Origin: Octopus bimaculoides
Lineage: Eukaryota
Direction: 5' to 3'
Length of the DNA: 64,000 bases
Assembly: GCF_001194135.2 (NCBI RefSeq)
Contig: NC_069003.1
Location: 18,910,755-18,974,754, forward strand
Under the pieces are notes generated by a model, which saw only the letters and a list, made by a program, of their open reading frames with translations, was not told the DNA's origin and did not search any database. Below, one piece after another: positions 12,101-23,334 of the stretch. Each line of letters begins with the position of its first letter. The stretch's first letter is position 1. Both the position numbers and the translations under genes were made by a program.

Positions 12101-15100
12101 GATGACCTTGTGTTATCTCCTTTATTGTCAGCATATCATATAGACAATATAAAACTTGTCCTTTGGGCCTGTTACATTACATATCTCCTCTGTTAATTGA
12201 TCTCTGGTCAGTTTTAATTCAAAAACAGAAAATACCACACAGTTTTTTTGCTATATCTTTCTCTTTTCAAGTAGCTGTTTACCTGTAGCTGCAGAAAAAC
12301 AATCTTTATGTCATTATTCAAGTTATTGTGACTGAAGAAATGAGTAATGTCATATTCCTTGATAATCATAGATTTGTGTAATCACATTAATGGAAGTTAG
12401 ATCACTTTAGCCCCTTGGTTGCCATATTTCTATTGAAATACATTGCCTTTGTTTCAGTTTATTTTGAAAATAAGGAATAATTTAGTAAAACAATTTTGTC
12501 ATTATTAAGTTGCTGTTTGAAGCATAAATTAGCATGAAATTTTGATGGAAGAAGGTTTTAATTTAGATCACTTTAAAACAGGAAGTTTGTTTCTTAGAAC
12601 TATGAATGATACAATATTTAACCCTTTTCTTTCCATATTTCTAATGAAATACACTACCTTTGTTTGAATTAACCTTGAAAATAATGATGAATTTCGTAAA
12701 ATAATTTTGCCATTATTAATATACTGGTGTTGAAATTTTGAAGGACAGTTTTAAGGTAGATCACTTCAAAGAACTGGAAGTTTGTATCATAGAATGAGGG
12801 GGTAGTGCCAAGCAGGTTGTTGTGGAAAGGGTTAAAGCTTGCTACATTGCTCAAAAGCCATTTTTTTTATTTCAGTTCCAAAAGACGAAGAAGCAACACT
12901 GTTATACACAAACACGAATAACGTACAACATATCAGCTTGTCTGCCAACACAAGCGGGGACACTCTGTTCAGTGTCGAAGGTCATGCTGTTGAAACAATG
13001 GACTTCAATCACAGAAATTCATCATTCTGCTGGGTCAGTGAAGCTTCTTTCTTATATCCCCCCCCAACCCAATAATGATGCATTATATATATTTTTATAC
13101 TCATGTATAATATGTAATATATAATATTATAATACTGTTGTGCATTAGTTTATACAGATATGTAGGTAGAGTACTGCAGGAAAGGGATTGTAAAGCAGAA
13201 CCTTTAAGCTGAACCAATCAGGAGAGCTAGAGGTAGACCAAGAGCGAGACAGTTGGATAATAACTTTAGTCTCAGTTGATTATGCTTGGGAGTCCAGTGG
13301 GAAAGTATAAACGACAGTTTCTTCTGATAAAACGTATGGATGGGGAACCTGAAAACACCCCAACAACAGCAGAAATGGATGTATATATAATACAGACACA
13401 AGAGCACACAATGTAAGGGCAGAGTGTGTGAACAGTTAGATTGAGCAACTTAATTTGTTATTACTTTATTTTATCAACAAGGTACAAAGTTAACCTTATT
13501 GGGATTTGATCTCAGAATTTTGAGGGGCATAGCAAAATACCACAAGACATTTTATCTCCTTATTCTGCCATTCTGCTGCCCTCAACCACATTTTAACAAT
13601 TGCTTCTAACACATAAGTATTATACCAGAAATCATTAGGATGGACATTAGCAAATTAGTACTGTATTTTATGAACCTTGGCAGTATTGAAACAAATAGCA
13701 TGAGGCTTATTGTCCAATGCTGTAACAGTTCTGCTGATTCACCACCCTTTTATAATTTCTAATTTAGGTAGAATATCTTAAATATTGTAGGGAAGGGGAA
13801 TGGTCAGTTATATCAACTACAATTCTTGACTGGTGCCTATTTGATAAAAGACAACATGGGGTTTGAATTCAGAATGTAAAAGGAAGTGGTCAAATCCCTT
13901 AAGGTGTTTTGTCTGACACTCTACAGTTTCTGTCATTCCCTGCTAACCATTCTTGGTTGGTAAATGGCTAACAACACAGCAAGGTAATGAATTTAAGACA
14001 TCATAAGAATCAATCATGTTCCTTCTTCTCTATCTTTTGAGTTCAGATAACAGTCACAAAGTCAACTAATATCATGGATGGAATCAATTGAATTTACTAT
14101 TTTCACCTTTGTGTTCTGCAGTATTTTCTTTTTTACCTCAAGAAGGGACTAATAATAATAGCAACACTATGTAACCCCATTCTTGTCCTTGGGTAGCAAC
14201 TGCTATTTCCTATTTGCTTACCCATAGAAAATATGAAAAATGGCTAATATTTCCTTCAAACTTTACTTTTGTTACATTTATTCAAACCCCAAAGAATTCC
14301 TCTCAACACATAATTATGATGCTCTCCCACTACTTCTGCTCATGATCAGAGATGCACATATTGTCAGCCACTAAGGGACATGCTCAAGTGGTTAAGGTCA
14401 AGCAACTGACAAGCATATTTATGGTATTGAACAGAATTATTTACTATAACAATATTTCTACTTCAGCAATTCGGTGCTGAATCCATCAGAAATGTAATGG
14501 GAAATAGGTCAGTTTCCAAACATTGATGTCCAGGTCACAAAAGCAAAGTTTGAAAGAAATAGTCATTTCCTTTGATTTGTAGATAGAAGCAAATAGGAAA
14601 TAACACTTACTGACCAAAGACAAACAAAAAAAGTTAGTTACACATTGGAATAATTCTTTCTGCTATAGGTCTAATGAAATTTTGATGGAAAGGTTTAACT
14701 GATTACATTGACCCCAGTACTTGACTATTTTATTTTGCTGACCTTGAAAAAATGAAAGGCAAAGTAGACCTTGGTGACATTTGAACTCTTGAAGTTAAGC
14801 AGGAAAAAATGTCGCTAAGCATATTATGGGTGCAGTAATGATTCTACCAGCTTTCCACCTAATAATAAAAATAATATGCCTTTCTACTAATTGCACAAAT
14901 CCTGAAATTTTGCGGGAGGGACCTAGTCGACTGCATCAACGCCAGTGCTGCACTGGTACTTATTTTATCGACCTCAAAAGGATAAAAAGCAAAGTCAACC
15001 ATGGCGAAATTTGAACTTAGAACATGAAGAGTTGGAAGAAATGCTGCTAAGTGTGCTAAAGATTCTGCCAGCTTGCTGCTTATAATAATAATAATAATCT

Positions 15101-18100
15101 ATATATATAAAAATGAGTGTGTGTCTGTCTGTCTGTCTGTCTGTGTGAATCCCTAAAACTCGAGAACTACGCAACCAATTTCATTCAAATTTTACACATG
15201 CCTTACTTAGGGTTCCAGTTGTGTTTTAGTCAAAAAAAATGTTTAACTTCTTCCAGAGTTCGAGCCCACAGCAACATAATATCTCCTCCACTATTTAAGT
15301 ATTACGTGTCAAAAGTGAAACAAAAACACTCATGTCAAATATTTTCACTTTAAAAATGAAACTATTCTACTAACTGAAACAATCACATTTCGATACTGTA
15401 ATGACAGATACTTTCAGACAGAGAGAGAANNNNNNNNNNNNNNNNNNNNNNNNNNNNNNNNNNNNNNNNNNNNNNNNNNNNNNNNNNNNNNNNNNNNNNN
15501 NNNNNNNNNNNNNNNNNNNNNNNNNNNNNNNNNNNNNNNNNNNNNNNNNNNNNNNNNNNNNNNNNNNNNNNNNNNNNNNNNNNNNNNNNNNNNNNNNNNN
15601 NNNNNNNNNNNNNNNNNNNNNNNNNNNNNNNNNNNNNNNNNNNNNNNNNNNNNNNNNNNNNNNNNNNNNNNNNNNNNNNNNNNNNNNNNNNNNNNNNNNN
15701 NNNNNNNNNNNNNNNNNNNNNNNNNNNNNNNNNNNNNNNNNNNNNNNNNNNNNNNNNNNNNNNNNNNNNNNNNNNNNNNNNNNNNNNNNNNNNNNNNNNN
15801 NNNNNNNNNNNNNNNNNNNNNNNNNNNNNNNNNNNNNNNNNNNNNNNNNNNNNNNNNNNNNNNNNNNNNNNNNNNNNNNNNNNNNNNNNNNNNNNNNNNN
15901 NNNNNNNNNNNNNNNNNNNNNNNNNNNNNNNNNNNNNNNNNNNNNNNNNNNNNNNNNNNNNNNNNNNNNNNNNNNNNNNNNNNNNNNNNNNNNNNNNNNN
16001 NNNNNNNNNNNNNNNNNNNNNNNNNNNNNNNNNNNNNNNNNNNNNNNNNNNNNNNNNNNNNNNNNNNNNNNNNNNNNNNNNNNNNNNNNNNNNNNNNNNN
16101 NNNNNNNNNNNNNNNNNNNNNNNNNNNNNNNNNNNNNNNNNNNNNNNNNNNNNNNNNNNNNNNNNNCACATAGTCCCCAGTTGGTAACATTGATTTCAAG
16201 GCCCTCCTAGATGAGAGACTGGCATTCCACTTAATGTCTGTGTTCCATGCTGGCATGGATTGGAGAGTTATTAATGTAGAAATATGGTATCGTAGCTACT
16301 AACAGTTGAGGGTTGCGTAGTCTAGACGGCATTTTTAGATTTCATTATTCTCTTTAACCCGGGCAAAGTCGGGTATTTCTGCTAGTAATAATAATAAAAT
16401 TCTTTCTCTATTGGCCCCAAGGGCCGAACACAAAAACATATAAGGACAATACAAGACAAGGGACAAGTGGGCTTTATAACAGAAAACATGTAATCAATAA
16501 AAACAAAATTCCCCAATAGGGGCGAGTTCCACCCAGTGCCAACCAGGCACCCCACACATCCTGATCACCCTGACTGCCAAAGGCACGCCAGCTAGGTACC
16601 CCTCTTCCCCTCAACTGCTTTGGCTTATAGACAAATATTCAGAGTAGGCCCCTTCACACAAGCCATTTTCATAACATCCACCCACCTTTTAACAAATTTA
16701 CTGGGAGGCAGTATTTCCTTCTTTATTTTCACTTTCCTTTTCGAGTGGAACTTGAAAAGGTCGATGAGGGCTTGGCTGAAGAGGAAAGTGTTTGTCTTCA
16801 GTCCTTTCAGTCTCGTCCATCATACTACATTTTTTGTTATAGCAACCAAGCAGAGGAAAGCTACCTTTCCCTCCTAGCCAAACGAAGGCAGTGATGTGAT
16901 CCTCACAATGGACTCAGCTGATAACCGGATCCATCCTACATGTGACAACACCTGTTCAACAAAGTTCCATAGTTCAGTAATGCACAGACACTGGATGAGT
17001 GCATACAGGACAGTTTCATTGCCCTGCGCACACCTCAGACATAACCACCTGACAGTGCTTCCATGTTTGTAGAGCCTGTCTCGACTCAGCAAAGCTCCTC
17101 AGCAGCACTGCTGGGCCAGGGATTTCTGGAAGTTATCCATAGGCCCTGGCCCGAAAGTCCTCTGGAAAAGATCAGTTAGTTGATCCCCTTCAACACCCAG
17201 TGTTTCCCCAACTATGTCGTCACTCTTTCCCTCCACTAATCCCCTAAAAAACTCTATGGTGGAACTTCCACTAAACTCATTGCCTGGCTGGCAGAAAGCT
17301 GTGAGTGCTTGCTAATACTTCAGGTGCCAAGTGCCCTTTCTTTGTCTGCACTTGAACCAGGACTGTAGCTCTGTCAATGAGATGAGCTGCAGGAAGTCCC
17401 ATTTGAGGGATGGTGACTACACCTGCTCACTGGTAAGGAAACACTGATGTCGCAGCCTCAGTGCATGTCTGCGCATCATTAACCACGGCATGTCCAGTCC
17501 TCTACTCAGCAGATGGACCAAGCAGAATACATCCCATCTAGAGAAAGCAGAAGAGCAAGCGCTCCAACTTTATCAGGCACGAAGTGGGGCAAGGGATGAT
17601 GGTCAGGCGGTACTGATGTATGCATTTGCCATCTCCGCCCAACCCTACAGGGACAGCTTCCTCTCTGCCTATTTCTGGGTGAGATTGGCTACCCTGCTTG
17701 TCACCTTCCCCCCAAATCTTGTCCACCTGGAGGTCTGGACCAAATCAGACCCTGAGCAATTTAACCAGTCCTTCTGTCCAGTGCCCTACAACGCTGTTGG
17801 TTGCCATGGACCTGCCTTTCCAGGTGCTCAGCTGCAGGCCCACTGACTTCTCCTGGTTGATCTTTGCCCCTGTCACTGCTTTGTACTCCCTTAGAGCAGT
17901 ACTGACCACCTCGATTTCCAAGGTGTCCGACACTGTTATAGTGACGTCATCTGCATAAGCCAATAAGAACCTTCCGCATCCTAGATCATGTGGCATGCCC
18001 CTCGAAGCATCCAGCTTCAACAGAACTGGCTCAAGAGCTAGTACATAAAGAAGAGGTGAGAGTGGGCATCCTTGACAGACTGAACAAGCAATGCTAAACG

Positions 18101-20879
18101 ATTCCAATAGCTGGCCATTTATTTTGACCACTGAACAGATGTCACTGTGCATTGCAGCAATCCAGCCTCTGAAAATGCAACCAAAACCCACTGCTATTAA
18201 AACAGCCTCCAAGTATTGGTGGTCGACCCTATCAAAAGCTTTCGACTGGCCCAAATTGATCTGGGTCTCACCCATGCCAGGTTCCTTACCCACCCTCTCT
18301 ATGATGTAGTGTATGAGGTGGAGGTTGTCGTGGACAGTTCTGTATGGGATAGCGCATGTCTGTGTATCACCAACCAACTTATTAATGTCAGGCACCAACC
18401 TCTTGGATAACACTTTGGCCAAAATCTTATTGGCATTCAGCAGAGTTATAGGCCTGAAACTATCAATTGTGTCCCCCTTGTTTGGGTCTTTCCTCAACAG
18501 CACCACCACTCCATGGCTCACAGCACTAGGAATTCTCCCATTCTGCCGCCAGTTGTCATAGACATCTGTCAAAAGACCACTGAACAAGTCTGGCATATGA
18601 AAATAAAGCTTGAAGGGTAGACCATCGCACTCCAGAGACTTCTCTCTTGCGCAAGCCTTCATCGCATCCTCAGCTGTTAGCATTTCACAGAACTCCACAT
18701 ACCTGGCTGAGAGGCACGGCATGCCACTGCGATAGGAGGTGAAATCCACCACTGTCCCAAAACCACCATGCGCCCCATAGAGTTTGGCAAAGTACCGCTG
18801 AAATTCTGCACACATCTGCTTGGATTCAGTTATCATGCACCCATCAAAATTCACCAAAGACCTAATTGGTGCTTTGTTTCCACAAAGTGCCTCTGTCAGC
18901 TGGACCCATTGAACAACTTTCATCCCCTCCCATCTCAGTGCATGCACCCTAGCTCTGACAACACAACCTTCATGCTTGGCATTAAAGAATTGATCAAGGA
19001 CCAATCTCACTGCCAGTACATTGGTCGCTATGCCTTTCTTAAGTGCCTCTTCCTAACTAGGTCTCCTACTTTCTTAGATTCCTCTAACACTAGTTCCTTA
19101 CTAAAACCTACTGCCTCTACTATAATAGCCCTTTTCAGGGCTATTCACCAACAGCTGTTGATGATTGTGCCTGCCAACTCTTGGTGGACTAACTTGCTAA
19201 CCCAGTCTCTGAAAGCTTGGCTTGCCAGGAAGGACATATTCAGCTTCCAGTATCCGGCGCCCTGTCTATGGATCCTATCTATGTCAACCGTACAGATCAC
19301 AAATTTATGGTCTGTGTAACCAATGGTGTTGAAACGTGGACAACTTATACTATTTCTATCTACAGGCTTACAAAATACTCTATCTAGATATGATCTGAAA
19401 GACTTGATGCAATTCACCCATGTCCACACTGGTGCATTCGGGAAATCCAGTTGGCACCTGTCAGCCAACTGGAAGCGATTGAGCAGGTTTGTGAGGCTTT
19501 TACTCCCCCCTTCTCCTGTCAGCTAACCCCACCCTATCCAGGCATGCATCCAAGATGGCGTTTCAGTTACCCAGTAACATTAAAGAGTGTGACATCTCGC
19601 CTCCAAACATCTTAAGAAATCTGGCTGCCCTGCCCCCATGGGGTGTAAACAGTGACTAATTAAAAGACACCACCTTCACTGTTGCTCACAACCAGGACCA
19701 CCAACTTACCCTCTGGGTTGAGGAAGATCATCCGAACTTCGAGATTCAGGATTTTCCTAAACAGCATTGCCACCACGCCTCCCATTCTAGGTTGACTAAG
19801 AGATGCATAGATCTCATAATTGTCAAAAATGGGCGCAAGATCATGTGGGTCAGAAATTCTGGTCTCACTGACTGCTATCACATCCAGACCTAGTGACCTT
19901 GCTTCCAGAGCAATCTTAGGCTGTGAATATTTATGCATTTCACTATTGCCATGACAGCTCAAAAGGGTTGAGGAAAAGAAAAAAAAGCAGGGTTACTTAC
20001 CTTCCTGGAATTGTTGGCAGTCCAGTAGCCCGGGCTCTGGATCTGATTCCTCTGGAAAATCAGGTAAAAGCCTCTTAGTGGCACGAACGTTTGGCTGTGA
20101 GAGCCACCAAAGTTTTGTTGGATCTCCTCAAGAGCACATAATTCAGTGTTTCCTCATTGGTGACTGTGAGCTTTCTTTTGTCAGGTGGCCACGTGTGGTT
20201 GTGAGTGCATGGGTGGATTTGGTTGGGGTAGTGGTGGTTGTGGAGATGGTAGTGCTGGTGTAGTTTTTGTTGTGTCTATGTTCGATGTGTTGGGAGGTTT
20301 CTGCATTTTTGGGTGTAGGCTCTTTTATTTTCTGTTTCCTTTACCCTTTTCGTTTTTTTACTTTCTGGGGTTCTTCCTCATCTTCACTACTGGATGAATA
20401 GTGGCTAGTGTCTGTATGTTCTGTATCAGGGAGGGTGGGTGTGTCTGTGACAGTGTGAGTGTATGCTTGAGAGAGGGGGTGAGGGGGGTGTGGTTTGACA
20501 GATACCCTGTGTGGTTTTCCCCATTGTATGGGGTTCACGTGCCTCTGTTGTTGTTGATCTTGCCTTGGTGGGATTTGATCTCAGAATATATGCTGTCCAA
20601 CTCTCTATTGATTCTGCTAATCTAAATACTGAGGCATTATTCAGTAAAGCTGCATTACCTATGATTTGGGTCTATCATTGCAACTAGTAAAATCTTGTTT
20701 GCACAGTTGTATCAGATAAGTTGACACAACCAGCTCTACATTATTTACATTTGACAGATATTTTTCCTCATTTTGTTTGTTGTTAACACAACGTTTCGGC
20801 TGATATACCCTCCAGCCTTCATCAAATGTCTTGGGGAAATTTCGAACCTGGGTTCTCGTTCCTAAGGTATTTTTTGATG

Positions 20880-20915
<36 letters not shown>

Positions 20916-20990
20916 GGGTCACTGCTTGGAATCGAACTTGGAATCTTGGGGTTAGGAGCCCATGCTCTTAACCATTACACCATATGGCAA

Positions 20991-21040
<50 letters not shown>

Positions 21041-21595
21041 TCGGAAAATACCTTAGGAATTAGAACCCAGGTTTGAAATTTCCTCAAGACCCCTGATGAA
21101 GGCTGGAGGGTATATCAGCCAAAACGTGTTAACAACAAACAAGATGAGGACAAATATCCGTCAAATGTAAATAATGTACATAATTCCTCATCTCTTAAAT
21201 ATAGAACTGTACAACCAGCTCTTACGTGTTATGTCATGTTGACCCATTAAAACTGAACTCATTGATTTTATACTCAATAAAACTGTTACCTACTACTATT
21301 TCTTGCCTGTTCTAGGACACATTTTCACATCCTATTCCATAGTGTCTTTTTATCTTTATCTCTGTTTCTTTATCACTGAGCAGTGATAAGTTTCTTTGCC
21401 ACTCCTTTATCTCTGTAACCACCTGTCTCTTTGTGTCTATTTTTATCTATCATTATTACCATATATCTGGTTTTTCCCCATATCTCTAATTCTAGATGTG
21501 ATTTATATTCCTGTCAGTCTGTTTGTCTGTCTGTCTGTTTCTTTCTACCTGTCTATCTATCTGTTTGTCTCTCTATCTATCTATCTATCTATCTA

Positions 21596-21630
<35 letters not shown>

Positions 21631-23301
21631 GCTTGTCTGTCTGTCTGTCTATCTGTTTGTCTGTCTATCTATCTATCTGTCTGTCTGTCTGTCTATCTGT
21701 GTGTCTGTCTATCTAGCTGTCTGTCTGTCTGTCTATCTATCTATCCTGCCAATCTCACTCTGTGTATCACTATTTGTCACTTGGTATCTATATCTCACAC
21801 TCTCTCTAGCTTTGTTTTCTTTAATTTTATAGTCAGTGAGGGAAGGGCAGTGTTCCTGAACCTTTATAGGGTCTGTAGGGGATGGAGGGAGGAAGATAAC
21901 CCCCAAACCAGAGACCCATGATGCCAGGTTGTGATGTTATTTAACCAGACAAGAGATTTTCTTATCCAACCAGGTCATGGCTGGGTTTGAACTCTGAATG
22001 CAATGAGCCAGAACAAATACAACAAGGTATTTTATCTAACACTCTGCCAGTTCCATCAGTCCACCATCTTAAATTGGTGCTTTATCAACCCTAGAAGGTT
22101 GAAGTGAAAAAACAAAAAGCCAGAATAAATACTGCAAGGCACTTTGTCTTATGTTTTAACATCTTTGTCAGTGTGTCAACTATTATTTATCTCTATGTAT
22201 CTCTCACTCCAACTATCATTGTCTCTCCCTTCATGTCAGTATCTCTCTTTTTCTCTCACTGTCTCTCTTGCTCTGTGACTCTCTCGACCAGATTATCAGA
22301 TACTATTTCCACCACTGGTTACAATGTGCTTCCAATTTTGTCTGGATTGCATCATTCTTTTCCATCTTGACCCAAATTGCTCGTCTTTCCATCATCGTGG
22401 AGGCCTTCCAAGTGGCATTTTCCAATTTCTTGGATACCACTTAGCAACTGCATGGGTCCACCTGTTGTCTGTGAGTTGTGCAACATCTGGCCCAATGGAA
22501 CTTGTGCAATCACATCATTCACTCTGCTATGTCTCTCATGTTTTCTCAATTCAAATGTGCTCTCTTAGTGATGTTCCTTGCATGGATCTTTCCATGACCC
22601 TTTGCAATAGTTAAGTAGAATTCAGGGGTCAAAGTGTAGGAAGTTAGTAAGCTTCACGCATTTATGTGGCTAGTACAGGTCACAAAAAGTGGACATTATA
22701 CGATTAAAAATATATTTATTAACCTTGTTGCTTGCACACTTCTTCCATATCAAAGTTAAAATGATTTTCGATAAGCTGACGGTCTCCATACAACTCACAG
22801 TTATAACTATAAAAACTGTTAAGAATGCAAATAAAAATCAAAAGAAGTAGGGAATGGAATAGAAAAAGCATGAACTATGACTATTTCATAGCAAAGTGAA
22901 ACTGTTTACACAAGTAGTAACTAACCCAAAGCCATCTTGACTAAACTTCAGCTCCTGTTACCTCTGTGTTTATATTGCCACTTGGCAATCATCTATATAT
23001 ATATCAAGATGAGAATGTCTGTCTGTCTGTGTGAATCCCTAAAACTTAAGAACTACACAACCAATTCCATTCAAATTTTACACATGCCTTACTTAGGGTC
23101 CATGTAGTGTCATAAGCCAAAAACATTTTTAACTTCTTGCCTAGTGCATGTCAAAAATGAAACAGTAACATCTCTCTATTGTAATGTCAGATATTTTCAC
23201 TTGAATAGTTTCACTTTAATACTGAAACTATTAAAGTGAAACGATTATCTCACATATATACAGGCATACATACAAATATACATACATACATATATAATAT
23301 A

Positions 23302-23334
<33 letters not shown>

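Noticed and set aside
13205-13380. RGRPRAR..LDN peptide resembling an RTE C-terminus
   Set aside because: Short and heavily decayed; not enough to call a feature.
20917-20992. Functional tRNA-Arg(CCT) gene
   Set aside because: T-stem and outer anticodon stem do not pair, there is no oligo-T terminator, and it sits inside a TSD-flanked repeat; treated as a SINE head.
21396-21921. 100-133 aa SVCL/YLSI-rich ORFs
   Set aside because: Translations of a (TCTG)/(TCTA) satellite; no splice or domain support.
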